Of a DNA stretch of 64,000 nt, positions 19,395 through 29,513 are shown piece after piece (position 1 is the stretch's first letter; the number at the start of each line of letters is the position of its first letter). This DNA comes from Nitrospirota bacterium (lineage in GTDB: Bacteria; Nitrospirota; UBA9217). The stretch covers positions 64,001-128,000 of the forward strand of contig CAVVOB010000020.1 in assembly GCA_963749655.1 (NCBI GenBank). The letters run 5' to 3'. Below the pieces are notes generated by a model, which ran no database searches, had not been told where the DNA came from, and saw nothing but the letters and a program-made list of their open reading frames with translations. Both the position numbers and the translations under genes were made by a program.

Positions 19395-22274
19395 ATGAAA
19401 AAAATGACTCCCATAAAAATCATCCTTATCTTCCTGGTGGCCAGCCAGCTCTGGATACTCCTGACCGACATGCTCGTGGGAAGAATCGCCACGAGCCCGG
19501 AGATGTTCACCAGGCTCAGCATGATCAAGGGCGGGCTCTATGTTGCCGTCACCGGAACGCTGCTCTACTGGCTCATCTCCCGCTATGCCTCGGAGCGCGA
19601 CAGCGCGGAAGCGGCGCTGCGGAATTCCGAGCAGTCGTACAAAACATTGTCCGAGAATCTGCCCGGGATCATCTACCGGGTCTTCAGCCGCGAGAACAAC
19701 CGCATGCAGTTCTTCAGCAAAGGGGCGGGGGAAATAACCGGCTGTACGGACCAGGAACTGGCGCAGGGCTCGGTATGCCCTCTCGAAAGGCTCATCCTTG
19801 ACGAGGACCGTCCTCAAGTGGTCGCCGTCGTGGAAAACGCCGTTGCCGGGCACAAGCCCTTTACGGTGGAATACCGGCTGCGTCACAAGGACGGCAGCGT
19901 TCACTTCCTGCTCGAGAAAGGCACGCCGGTCTACGGCCCTGACGGAAAGATACTCTATATCGACGGGGCCATATTCGACGTCACGGACCGGAAAAAGGCG
20001 GAAGAGGCGAAACGGCAGAGCGACAGCCAGTTTCTCGCTCTGTTCGACCACGCACCGCTGGGAATCGTGCAGGTGAGCGTGAACGCGGACAGGCGCATTA
20101 TGAACGGCAACAGCGCTTTCCAGCACATGCTCGGGTACAGTCTCGAAGAGCTGAAAAATCTTTCGATACGCGACATCAGCGATGCCGGCAATGATCGCGC
20201 GATCAGGGGCAGCTACACGGACATGATGGCCGGCGAGATAGACAGTTTTACCGTGGAAAAGAGGTATATACGAAAAGACAGAACGATCCTCTGGGCGCAC
20301 CTGACGGGGATGGTGATCCGGGACGACAAGGGCGACCTGCAGAGCATTTTCGGCATTGTGGAAGACATCAGCGAGCGCAAGCAGTCCGAGAACGCCCTGC
20401 GCGAAAGCGAGCGGCGGTACAAAGCCATCGTCGAAGACCAGGCCGAGTTCGTCGTACGCTACCTCCCGGGCGGCGTGATCAACTTTGCGAACGACACGCT
20501 GTGTAAATATGTCAAAATAAGCCGGGACGAACTGGTCGGCCGATCCTATTATCCCTTCATGCATCCGGAGGACCGGGAGGCCTTTATCCGCCAGATCGAG
20601 TCGCTCGACCGCGATCATCCCTCGATGGTCGCCGAAGCGCGGGTGGTGCTTCCCGGCGGCCGCGTCGCCTGGCACCGGTGGACGCATAACGCGATCTTCG
20701 ACGACAACGGCGCCATTGTCGAATATCAGGCAACGGGCAGGGACGTCACGAGCAGCAAGCGGGTGGAGGAAGCGCTCCGCTCATCGGAAGCCCGCTTCCG
20801 GAACATTATCGAAAACGCAAACACCGGGATCATGGTCGCCGACATCGAGACCAGGCAGATCCGCTATGCCAACCCGGAAATCTGCCGGGTGCTCGGGTAC
20901 AGTGAGCAGGAGCTCCGCTCACTGCTGACCACCGATCTGACGGTGCAGGCAGAGATGTCGGAGTCGGCAGCCAGTTTCCAGGAGCATGCCAAAGGAAATG
21001 TACATCTGTCGGAGCGTACCCTGAGGCGCAGGGACGGCATTCCGGTCAGGATGAGCATCAGCAGCGTCCGCATGGAGATCGACGACCGGCCGTCCCTGGT
21101 CGGGTTCTTTTCCGACGTTACGGAAAGGAACCTTCTCGAGGAAGAGCGTCTCAAGACCCAGAAGCTCGAGGCTATCGGTACGCTGGCAGGCGGGATCGCG
21201 CACGATTTCAACAATCTGCTGCAGGGCGTTTTCGGGTACATCTCCCTCGCGAAGCTGAAGAGGAACGACCGGGACAAGAGTCTGGCAGCGCTCGAGGAGG
21301 CCGAAAAGGCGCTGCACATGTCGGTGCGGCTGACGAACCAGCTGCTGACCTTCTCGAAGGGCGGCAAGCCGGTGAAAAAAAGGATCGACCTTGCCCCGGT
21401 GATCGAGAACGCCGTGAAGTTCGCGCTGAGCGGGTCACGGACCGATTACCACATTTCGATCGATGACGGCCTCTGGCATGCCGATGCGGACGAGGGCCAG
21501 ATGAGCCAGGTGATCCAGAACATCGTCCTGAACGCCGACCAGTCCATGCCCGAAGGCGGAGTGGTGGAGATCGCGGCCAGGAATGTCCAGGCGCCGAGCG
21601 ACGGTCTTCCGCCGAATTTGCGGAAGGGACCCTACGTGGAGATCACTATTCAGGACAGCGGCGTCGGGATAGCGGAGCAGTACCTCACCAAGATATTCGA
21701 CCCCTATTTCACGACCAAGGAAAAGGGGAGCGGTCTCGGCCTTGCGACGTCCTATTCCATCATGAAGAACCATAACGGGTCGATCGAAGTCAGGTCCGAG
21801 CTCGACAAGGGAACGACCTTCTCTCTCTATATTCCCGCGGACGAGGCGGGGAAAACAACGCCCCGGGAAATGCCGGCGGCAGCGGCGGCGCCGGGACGCG
21901 TCCTGAGAGTGTTACTCATGGACGACGAGGAGCTCATTCGTGACGTTGCCGGAGAATTGATCGGGGAGCTCGGCCACCGGGTCGAGTTTGCGCTGAACGG
22001 CAGGGAGGCCATCGACCGCTACCGGGAGGCAAAGCGATCAGGGGACCCCTTCGATGTCGTCATCCTTGACCTCACGATCCGCGGCGGCATGGGCGGCGCG
22101 GAAACGATGCAGACGCTTCTGGAGATCGATCCCGGGGTGAAGGCAGTGGTGTCGAGCGGCTACTCCGAGGATGCCGTCATAGCCAGCTACGCGGAACAGG
22201 GCTTCATTGCATTTCTTAAGAAGCCTTATACTGCCGAGGAGCTGGAGGAAATGTTCGAATTGTTCATCGCCTGA
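19395..22274 (+). CDS. multi-PAS hybrid sensor histidine kinase with C-terminal receiver
   Basis: Two TM segments, four PAS/PAC domains, IAHDFNNLL H-box, FTTKEKGSGLGL, receiver MDDE..LDL..KPY. Confidence 0.95.
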   Translation: MKKMTPIKIILIFLVASQLWILLTDMLVGRIATSPEMFTRLSMIKGGLYVAVTGTLLYWLISRYASERDSAEAALRNSEQSYKTLSENLPGIIYRVFSRENNRMQFFSKGAGEITGCTDQELAQGSVCPLERLILDEDRPQVVAVVENAVAGHKPFTVEYRLRHKDGSVHFLLEKGTPVYGPDGKILYIDGAIFDVTDRKKAEEAKRQSDSQFLALFDHAPLGIVQVSVNADRRIMNGNSAFQHMLGYSLEELKNLSIRDISDAGNDRAIRGSYTDMMAGEIDSFTVEKRYIRKDRTILWAHLTGMVIRDDKGDLQSIFGIVEDISERKQSENALRESERRYKAIVEDQAEFVVRYLPGGVINFANDTLCKYVKISRDELVGRSYYPFMHPEDREAFIRQIESLDRDHPSMVAEARVVLPGGRVAWHRWTHNAIFDDNGAIVEYQATGRDVTSSKRVEEALRSSEARFRNIIENANTGIMVADIETRQIRYANPEICRVLGYSEQELRSLLTTDLTVQAEMSESAASFQEHAKGNVHLSERTLRRRDGIPVRMSISSVRMEIDDRPSLVGFFSDVTERNLLEEERLKTQKLEAIGTLAGGIAHDFNNLLQGVFGYISLAKLKRNDRDKSLAALEEAEKALHMSVRLTNQLLTFSKGGKPVKKRIDLAPVIENAVKFALSGSRTDYHISIDDGLWHADADEGQMSQVIQNIVLNADQSMPEGGVVEIAARNVQAPSDGLPPNLRKGPYVEITIQDSGVGIAEQYLTKIFDPYFTTKEKGSGLGLATSYSIMKNHNGSIEVRSELDKGTTFSLYIPADEAGKTTPREMPAAAAAPGRVLRVLLMDDEELIRDVAGELIGELGHRVEFALNGREAIDRYREAKRSGDPFDVVILDLTIRGGMGGAETMQTLLEIDPGVKAVVSSGYSEDAVIASYAEQGFIAFLKKPYTAEELEEMFELFIA

Positions 22275-22394
22275 CGATCGAGCGGGTCCGGCGGGCGGGA
22301 AATCTTCGATCTTCATTCCTCGGTCAAGGACGTCATGGCACGACCTTCCGCATGGATAGACGACGGATCACCCGAAAATACCCCGTCGAAACCG

Positions 22395-22423
22395 TTGACA
22401 GGGGCCTCTATTTACTCTACTGT
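22395..22423 (+). promoter_or_regulatory. putative sigma70 promoter upstream of the GGDEF-EAL gene
   Basis: TTGACA, 17 nt, TACTGT. Confidence 0.55.
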
Positions 22424-22478
22424 TGTCTATAGGGAGAACGGATACCGCTATTCCCGATAAAGTCATACAAGTTTTTTC

Positions 22479-22507
22479 ACCGCAGAGAACGCTGAGGACG
22501 CAGAGAG
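22479..22507 (+). repeat. 9-mer tandem array (ACGCAGAG-type x3)
   Basis: ACCGCAGAG AACGCTGAG GACGCAGAG after TTTTTTC; same family as 16083-16109. Confidence 0.7.
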
Positions 22508-22627
22508 AACCTTAATTCAAAATGTATTTCTCCGCTTAAGTAAGGAAGGAACTGCCGGGAAGGTCTGGGAACAACGGAAGCACCTGCAAAGAACGCTGCG
22601 TTCCAGCTGAATACCCGGTGAGGAGCC

Positions 22628-24370
22628 ATGAAGAACGAGCCTAACAGCAAGAGAGCCTACTTCAGGAATGACGACAGCGCCCTTACCGCGGAGCTGCTCA
22701 CGGTTGTTCTGAGCAACATCTCGCAAGGGATGGTCGTCGCAGGACCTGACTACAGCGTGCTCGCGTTCAACAAACAGTTCGAGGACCTTTGCCGTCTGCA
22801 CCAGGGGACCGTCGAGCCGGGCCGTGATTTCAGGGAGATCCTTAAAATCTGGGCGGAGGTGACCGGGCAAAGCAGTGATATCCTGGAGCGGACGCTGCGG
22901 GAGCTTGACCTGCCCGCTCCCTTTGAGATCGAATATCCGCAAACAATAGACGGTTTGTGCCGGTGGTACCATCTGTCCCATACCCCGCTGCCCTCGCAGG
23001 GCTTTGTGCGGACTTATACCGACATCACGGAGAGGAAAAAGGCCGTTGAGCAGCATGCCTTCGACGCCTTCCATGACCCCCTGACAGGCCTCCCGAACCG
23101 GGCGCTTTTCCTGGACCGGCTGCAGCACGTCCTTGCCGCGTCGCAGCGGCGGCCCGACACGCCGGAGTACGCGGTCTTCTTCCTCGACATGGACCGCTTC
23201 AAGATCATCAACGACAGCCTCGGCCATACGATCGGCGATCACCTCCTGATCGCGGTCGGCCGCAAACTGGCCGATTGCATCCGGCCCGGAGACACTATTG
23301 CCCGTCTGGGGGGCGACGAATTCGCCATTCTTCTCGAGAACATCAGCGACCCCGCGTACACGGTCAGCGTTGCCGAGCGGATCAAGGAGAAGCTGGCCCA
23401 CCCGCTCGACGTCAAAGGCCATGAGGTCTTCACCTCGATCAGCATCGGCATCGCCCTGGGCGCCGAACGCTACGAGCGGCCGGAGCAGGTCCTGCGCGAC
23501 GCGGACATCGCGATGTACGAGGCCAAGGCGCGGGGCAACGCCTCGTATGAGATCTTCGATACCAAGATGCATGCCAACATCATGGACCGGATGCAGCTGG
23601 TGTCCGACCTGCGGGGCGCGGTCGACCATAAGGAGCTGACGCTCTACTATCAGCCCATCATCGACCTGAAGACACAGCAGCTGACGGGGTTCGAAGCGCT
23701 CGTGCGGTGGAACCATCCGAAGCGGGGCCTCATCTACCCCATGGAGTTCATTCCCCTGGCCGAGGAGCACGGGCTCATCTACCAGATCGGGGCATGGATC
23801 CTTCACGAGGCCTGCCGCGAACTGAAGCTGCTCCAGGTGAGGTATCCGGCCCGTCCAGCGCTCACCATGAGCATCAATATTTCGAGCAGGCAGTTCTCGC
23901 AGCAGGATCTCGTCGGCATGCTGTCCGAAATTTTAAAGGAGACAGGCATCGATCCGCGCAGCCTGATCCTGGAGATCACGGAGAGCATGATCATGGAGAA
24001 CGTCAATGCCGCCGTCGAGACCATGAAGCGGCTGCGGGCCATGGGAATACAGCTCCATATCGACGATTTCGGCACGGGCCACTCCTCGCTCAGCTATCTG
24101 CAGCTTTTTCCGGTCAATGCGCTCAAGATCGACCGCAGCTTCATCAACAAGCTCACCGCCGGCGGCGACAACCAGGAGATCATCACTCACATCGTTTCCC
24201 TGGCCAAGAGCCTGAATTTCGAGGTGATCGCCGAGGGTGTGGAAAAAGAACATCAGCTGGCCAATATCCAGAACCTGAACTGCGGCTACGGCCAGGGTTT
24301 TCTTTTCGCACGGCCCATGGCGTTTCAGGCGATCGACGCATGGATGCAGGAACAGAAGCATCACTCGTAG
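22628..24370 (+). CDS. PAS-GGDEF-EAL diguanylate cyclase/phosphodiesterase
   Basis: RPGD I-site, GGDEF, FEALVRW, IDDFGTG, KIDRSF. Confidence 0.95.
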   Translation: MKNEPNSKRAYFRNDDSALTAELLTVVLSNISQGMVVAGPDYSVLAFNKQFEDLCRLHQGTVEPGRDFREILKIWAEVTGQSSDILERTLRELDLPAPFEIEYPQTIDGLCRWYHLSHTPLPSQGFVRTYTDITERKKAVEQHAFDAFHDPLTGLPNRALFLDRLQHVLAASQRRPDTPEYAVFFLDMDRFKIINDSLGHTIGDHLLIAVGRKLADCIRPGDTIARLGGDEFAILLENISDPAYTVSVAERIKEKLAHPLDVKGHEVFTSISIGIALGAERYERPEQVLRDADIAMYEAKARGNASYEIFDTKMHANIMDRMQLVSDLRGAVDHKELTLYYQPIIDLKTQQLTGFEALVRWNHPKRGLIYPMEFIPLAEEHGLIYQIGAWILHEACRELKLLQVRYPARPALTMSINISSRQFSQQDLVGMLSEILKETGIDPRSLILEITESMIMENVNAAVETMKRLRAMGIQLHIDDFGTGHSSLSYLQLFPVNALKIDRSFINKLTAGGDNQEIITHIVSLAKSLNFEVIAEGVEKEHQLANIQNLNCGYGQGFLFARPMAFQAIDAWMQEQKHHS

Positions 24371-24527
24371 AGTCTTTGAGAGGCTGCGACGTCCTCCCTG
24401 CCACAGAGCGGATCTCGTTTTTCTAAAATTGTGAATTCCTGGAGTTCATTTTGCTATAATCGCATCAGGATCTGCGCAGCGAGGGGTGCGATCACATTTT
24501 TAATCGGATATATGAGAGCGATGGGCC

Positions 24528-24938
24528 ATGCCTGAGGGAACGGAAAAAAGTCTTCAAGCCGGCGGTTCGCAGGAGAACATCGAAGAAAAGAGGCGGGAAA
24601 AACGCTACGACGTCCCTGATGCCTGCCGGAAGTATATCGCGCTCCGTGTAAAAAGAGGGGGCGAACTCGTGCCCGCTGTTCTGGGCAACTTCAGCCGCAG
24701 CGGCATTCTCTTCGAGTCTCCGGCATCCTTTGCCCAGGGAGAGCATGCCGAGTGTGTTCTCGCGATTTCCCTGCTGCTGTCCCGCGCAATATCATTCGGC
24801 ATCGAGGTCAAGTACTGCTACGCGGACCACGGTTCCTATATTACCGGAGCTTCCATCCACACTATTTCAGATGAAACATGGTTCGATGTTTTCGAGGAAG
24901 TGCATGATTTCATCGTTCTGCGCCAGGGACCCGTATAG
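24528..24938 (+). CDS. PilZ domain protein
   Basis: RREKR (RxxxR) and NFSRSG (D/NxSxxG). Confidence 0.8.
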   Translation: MPEGTEKSLQAGGSQENIEEKRREKRYDVPDACRKYIALRVKRGGELVPAVLGNFSRSGILFESPASFAQGEHAECVLAISLLLSRAISFGIEVKYCYADHGSYITGASIHTISDETWFDVFEEVHDFIVLRQGPV

Positions 24939-25127
24939 CAACCATCACTTGGTAAGTACTGTAGTTATTATCGCTTTCATTCCTCGATATATTCCATATC
25001 TCATTTCGAAGTTTTCACCCCGATATATCAGAATACCGTTGGAAATTCGCTTGATTAAAAATAGCCTGAGCACTATAATTGCTTAGAATCGCCACAAAAG
25101 AAGCACCACTAGTGTGCGTGTGCGGGT

Positions 25128-25450
25128 ATGACCGACGACATTCTGGAGTTCATAAAATCATGTATACAAAGACGAAGGATTTTCTGGACGTATCATGTCA
25201 ATATGCGCCTGAAGAACGCTTCATTTCGAGGGACGCAATTCTGGAGTCAATCGAAACGTATGAGATTATTGAGCGATATCCCGATGATAAATACTTGCCA
25301 AGCTTTCTTGTACTTGCCCAGTATGAGAAAGTGTCTTTTCATATACATGTCGCCGTAGACAAGGAAAACGACGATGTCGGGATCGTAACGGCATACAAAC
25401 CCTCGACGGATGAGTGGGAAGAGGGCTTTAGAAAACGGAGGAAGACATGA
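25128..25450 (+). CDS. DUF4258 family putative toxin (frameshift near 25212)
   Basis: IFWTYHVNMRL / RFISR..I...EIIE.YPDDKYLPSFLV...HIHVAVD...IVTAYKP...W. Confidence 0.8.
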
Positions 25451-25668
25451 AGTGTCATCAGTGCGGCAGTGAGTTGACGAAAACTACGACGGACCTGCCC
25501 TTTAAAACCGATGTTCATTCCATCATTATCATTAAGGACCTGCCCGTCCTGCAGTGCCGCGGTTGCAGTGAATATCTAATCGAGGACGCCGTGATGTCGC
25601 GGGTTGATGATATCCTGAAAAATGTCAGCAGCGACGTAGAAGTGGAAATATTGAGCTACGCGGCGTAG
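25447..25668 (+). CDS. YgiT-type zinc finger protein (MqsA-like antitoxin)
   Basis: MKCHQCG...TDLPFK...IIIKDLPVLQCRGCSE; ATGA overlap with DUF4258. Confidence 0.85.
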   Translation: MKCHQCGSELTKTTTDLPFKTDVHSIIIIKDLPVLQCRGCSEYLIEDAVMSRVDDILKNVSSDVEVEILSYAA

Positions 25669-25945
25669 CTCCACATCAACCAACACTGTTTTTTCGCTAA
25701 GTACAGGGTCATATCTGGTTCGTTGGAGACGATTCGTGGGATGAAGTGACCTAAATGGATTAATGCAATTAACACTTATGTGAGGAAAGAATAAGTCCAT
25801 CTGGTCTCAACGTCCCGAAAATGTGCTCATCTTGCCGAAAATCTTCTCAGTAATTCATCAACAAAAAATGATAAAGCATTTTAAGAACCAACGTCTGCAA
25901 AGGCATTGAAAGGGTCTTGGGGATAACAATATCTTAATTCCTGAT

Positions 25946-25993
25946 GTCTGACCCCAAACGGGACCCAAACGGGACCTGACCCCAAACGGGACC
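25946..25993. repeat. short tandem repeat cluster (CCAAACGGGAC x3 with CTGACCCC x2)
   Basis: GTCTGACCCCAAACGGGAC CCAAACGGGAC CTGACCCCAAACGGGAC C. Confidence 0.75.
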
Positions 25994-26087
25994 ATGGAGT
26001 TATCGATATGGGAGGTTTTTAGAGCATCAAAAGAATCTTGATACTGAGATTCAGTCGGGTATAGTAAAGCAAAACTCGACGTGATGA

Positions 26088-26147
26088 TACCAACCTGCGC
26101 GTCCACAGCGACGCGCCTGGAGGCGGCGCGTGACGCGCGCGTTCATG
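26088..26147 (+). other. attC-like integron recombination site (degenerate, solitary)
   Basis: AAC(26092-94), 5 nt, CGTC[C]AC ... GTGACG, 5 nt, GTT(26141-43); stop codon immediately upstream; outer R-box bases deviate from consensus. Confidence 0.55.
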
Positions 26148-26461
26148 TGCAAGTTGAAACCGGTAATTCACAGAATTTCTGATGGTCACCGGTTGCACAG
26201 TTGTAGGTGGAATAAGCAATCTCAGTGCTTATTATTTCGCGCTGTACCTTTCGCCTCATGTTCCTTTCCACCCTCTCGAGAAAACTTTTAAACGGTTATG
26301 AAGGGTATCGTGACCGGGTGCGTACCGTCTTGTGCCTTTCATTTGGTAAACGGGGAAAAGGGACGTTGCCGCATGCGGTGCGCGCCCGGCACACTTCGCG
26401 CCTAGTACAACAACGCCCCTGCGTGTACAGCCACTCGTAACCCAGCCTGCTCGCCGTTTCG

Positions 26462-26950
26462 CTAGCTTAAACCCTCCATCAAGCCGGACATCTTTTCATC
26501 AAGCATCCGTGCAACGATCCTGACCTCATCGTCCTTAAACTGCCCGAGCAGCGCCGAGGGCCGGTCATAAGTAACGCGGGTTTTGCCGTCGTATCCTTCA
26601 TAAACCGAAACCCGCAGCGGAGCATAGACGCCGATGGCCGGGCTCTTTTCGTACATCCGGTTCGCGAGAACCGGGTTCCCGATGAGATAGACAGTCATTT
26701 TCTTTTTCTTTCCCATCAAGGAAACTAAAGGGCCTTGATCGAGCTTCGCAAAGATCACAAAGCCCAGATCGCCGACCATGCCCTCAACCACGTCCTCAAT
26801 TTCCTTAGAGGACGCGCCTGCTGCTACCAGGCGGGTGAAAGCTGAAATATCCGCCATGGGAATTCTGCGCTCAAATGCCGCTGTTGCTTCCGGGAATGCT
26901 TTCGTCGACGTTATCTCTATTCTTTCTCCCTCAAAACGAATCGTTTTCAT
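26462..26950 (-). CDS. DUF302 domain protein
   Basis: YLIGNP.LA..M......G.YAPLRV.VYE...YDRPS. Confidence 0.85.
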   Translation of the reverse strand: MKTIRFEGERIEITSTKAFPEATAAFERRIPMADISAFTRLVAAGASSKEIEDVVEGMVGDLGFVIFAKLDQGPLVSLMGKKKKMTVYLIGNPVLANRMYEKSPAIGVYAPLRVSVYEGYDGKTRVTYDRPSALLGQFKDDEVRIVARMLDEKMSGLMEGLS

Positions 26951-27019
26951 ATCGTTCTCCTTTCGAGCCGCTGTCTGCTTTTACACTCCTACCCGGTTGA
27001 ATGTATTTTGTAATCCGCA

Positions 27020-27502
27020 TCAAGTCTTTGGGCGAAGGAGAAGCCGGAACATGAGGCCGTGCGTGATGAAGTAGAGCGGCACCATCATCGTTGGGATATA
27101 AAACGCAGCGCCGAGCGTTCTGGCGTCAAGCTGGATCGACAGCCCATGATAAAACGCGAGTAAGAGGTCCGCCGCGCCCCAAAGGTTTAACAACCAGACG
27201 AGCGCGATGGCAGCGAACGCACGTCTGGAAAGCGCTGCAGCGGCCGCGACTGCAAGTACGGCTACAACCAGATCTCCGTAAGCAGCAGGAACGGCGAAGG
27301 CCCGGGGGAGCTCCGGGGAAACGACCCCGGGCACGAGGAAGCTGAGTCCCATGAATCGAAAGGCATGGGGCAGCACAAGGGCAAGCAACGCATCGTCACG
27401 CCCCAATTTTTGAAGCCTCGGCCAAATATATAACTTCGTGACCAAACCATAGGCCACTAAGCTCATCAGGATGCTGAGTCCGAATATCGCCCGAATGTCC
27501 AT
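27020..27502 (-). CDS. hypothetical membrane protein
   Basis: GGAGG RBS; PHAFRFMGL.FL.PGVV...FAVPAAYGDL, several TM segments. Confidence 0.75.
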   Translation of the reverse strand: MDIRAIFGLSILMSLVAYGLVTKLYIWPRLQKLGRDDALLALVLPHAFRFMGLSFLVPGVVSPELPRAFAVPAAYGDLVVAVLAVAAAAALSRRAFAAIALVWLLNLWGAADLLLAFYHGLSIQLDARTLGAAFYIPTMMVPLYFITHGLMFRLLLRPKT

Positions 27503-27751
27503 ATTTCCCTCCTTTGTTCTTCCGTGCAACCGAGCTCCTATTTCAACCTTCAAAGGGTCCATCGTGTGCAGAGAATGAATTGTTCTACTTGAAAGGTAGC
27601 CAAGGGGCTGCGAGGCCGCAAGCTTATTGCGATGAACGGTAAAAAAGCGGGCGCGAACGGCAGCTGCGGGAAACGGCCGGCAGTGACTTCAACTTTTGTC
27701 CTATTTGAGCGGCAGCCCCACCCAACATGTTGTTTCTGATATACTTATTCC

Positions 27752-28546
27752 ATGACCCAGCCGATCATCCAGGTGGACGCATTCACGGACAAACCCTTTT
27801 TCGGCAATCCCGCGGCAGTATGCATCCTCGATGACGTCAAGGACGACCGGTGGATGCAAAACGTGGCGCGGGAGATGAACCTCTCCGAGACCGCATTTCT
27901 CAACAGGCGCGCCGACGGTTTCGACCTCAGGTGGTTCACACCCCTTGTCGAGGTTGACCTCTGCGGCCATGCGACCCTTGCGGCGGCCCATGTGCTGTGG
28001 GAGGACAAGCATCTTGCGGAGACCGAGGAGGCGCGCTTCCATACCCGGAGCGGCCTGCTCCGGGCGCGGCTCCGGGAAGGCTGGATCGAGATGGACTTTC
28101 CCGCAGAGCCCGAAACGAGGGCGCCGGCGCCCCCGGGGCTCGAAGCGGCGCTCGGCGTCATTCCCGAGTATGTCGGCAAGAACCGCTTCGACTATCTCAT
28201 CGAGATCGAGTCGGAGAACGAGCTCCGGAGCCTGAAACCGGATGTCGCCTCGCTCAAGGCGATACCGGCGCGAGGCTTCATCGTGACGGCCCGGTCGATA
28301 AACAAAAAGTATGATTTCATTTCACGGTTCTTTGCGCCCTCGGTGGGCATCGAGGAAGACCCCGTGACGGATTCCGCGCACTGCTGCCTCGGACCCTATT
28401 GGCAGAAGCGGCTGAAACAGTACCAGTTCTACGCCTTCCAGGCCTCGGCCCGCGGCGGCGAGATCCACGTGCGTGTAGGCGCGGAGCGGGTGATGCTCTC
28501 GGGCAAGGCGATTACGGTGATGCATGGCGACCTCGCGACTGAATAA
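27752..28546 (+). CDS. PhzF family protein
   Basis: QVDAFTD.PF.GNPAAV, NLSETAF, EVDLCGHATLA, EDPVT.SAH. Confidence 0.93.
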   Translation: MTQPIIQVDAFTDKPFFGNPAAVCILDDVKDDRWMQNVAREMNLSETAFLNRRADGFDLRWFTPLVEVDLCGHATLAAAHVLWEDKHLAETEEARFHTRSGLLRARLREGWIEMDFPAEPETRAPAPPGLEAALGVIPEYVGKNRFDYLIEIESENELRSLKPDVASLKAIPARGFIVTARSINKKYDFISRFFAPSVGIEEDPVTDSAHCCLGPYWQKRLKQYQFYAFQASARGGEIHVRVGAERVMLSGKAITVMHGDLATE

Positions 28547-29417
28547 CATTTCAAAACCGGATTCTCCCGAAGCGTGCGCGTGCGGGGAGGAGGGCACGTC
28601 CGGGGCAGGTCATCCTCACGAAACGGCATTGATCACCGGCGCGTCCGGCGGCATCGGCCGCGAATTCGCCAAAATCCTTGCCGGGAACTGCGCAAACCTC
28701 GTTCTGGTGGGCCGCCAGGTGGCGCGGCTCCGCGCGGCCAAACTGAAGCTCGATTGCGTTTGCAGCGGATCGGAGATCATAACGATCGCAAAGGACCTGT
28801 CCCGACCCGGCGCCGCCGCAGAGATCCTTGCCGAGCTCGAGCAGCAGAACATCACCGTCGACATGCTGATCAACAACGCGGGTTTCGGCGGCTTCGGCGC
28901 CTTCTCTGCACGGAAGTGGGAGGACGAGGCTGCAATGATCGCGGTCAACATCACGGCGCTGACGCAGATGACCAAGCTCTTTGTCCGCGGCATGATCGAA
29001 CGGAAGCGGGGCAGGATCCTGAATATCGCGTCCACTGCCGCATTCCAGCCAGGCCCGCTCGAGGCGGTCTACTACGCGTCGAAGGCCTATGTCCTTTCCT
29101 TTTCCGAGGCCCTTGCCAATGAACTGAAAGGAACGGGCGTTACCGTGACCGTTCTCTGCCCGGGGGCGACTGCAACCGGCTTTGCCGCCGCGGCGGGGCT
29201 CGAACAGTCGAGGCTTTTCAAATATTTGAAACCTGCGTCTGCGCCGGAGGTGGCGAAATACGGCTATGATGCGATGATGCGGGGAAAGACCATTGCAATC
29301 CCCGGCGCGCTGAACAAGCTCGGCGCGTTCGGCGCACGGCTCCTTCCCCGGGCGCAGCTTGCCGCCATGGCGCGCTGGCTCCATGAGCCCGCGGAACCGG
29401 CGCGCGGCAGGATGTAA
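28524..29417 (+). CDS. SDR family oxidoreductase (start uncertain)
   Basis: TGASGGIG, NNAG, YYASK. Confidence 0.9.
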   Translation: MATSRLNNISKPDSPEACACGEEGTSGAGHPHETALITGASGGIGREFAKILAGNCANLVLVGRQVARLRAAKLKLDCVCSGSEIITIAKDLSRPGAAAEILAELEQQNITVDMLINNAGFGGFGAFSARKWEDEAAMIAVNITALTQMTKLFVRGMIERKRGRILNIASTAAFQPGPLEAVYYASKAYVLSFSEALANELKGTGVTVTVLCPGATATGFAAAAGLEQSRLFKYLKPASAPEVAKYGYDAMMRGKTIAIPGALNKLGAFGARLLPRAQLAAMARWLHEPAEPARGRM

Positions 29418-29420
29418 CTG

Positions 29421-29513
29421 GCAGAGAGCAGAGAGCAGAGAGCAGAGAGCAGAGAGCAGAGAGCAGAGAGCAGAGAGACTCTCCCCTATGCGCCATGCTC
29501 TATGCACTATGCT
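29421..29513. repeat. (GCAGAGA)x8 followed by an inverted degenerate heptamer array (CTATGCN x4)
   Basis: Eight perfect copies at 29421-29476; CTATGCG CCATGCT CTATGCA CTATGCT at 29486-29513. Confidence 0.9.

Noticed and set aside
22540-22620. Cobalamin or c-di-GMP riboswitch in the GGDEF-EAL leader
   Set aside because: Only an ACTG...GGGAAG fragment is present; the other conserved elements could not be found.
25677-25727. Second attC after the antitoxin (CCAAC...GTTGG)
   Set aside because: No complementary L boxes between the cores.
28360-28385. PhzF EDPVTDSAH instead of EDPVTGSAH
   Set aside because: A single substitution that cannot be distinguished from sequencing error in this assembly.
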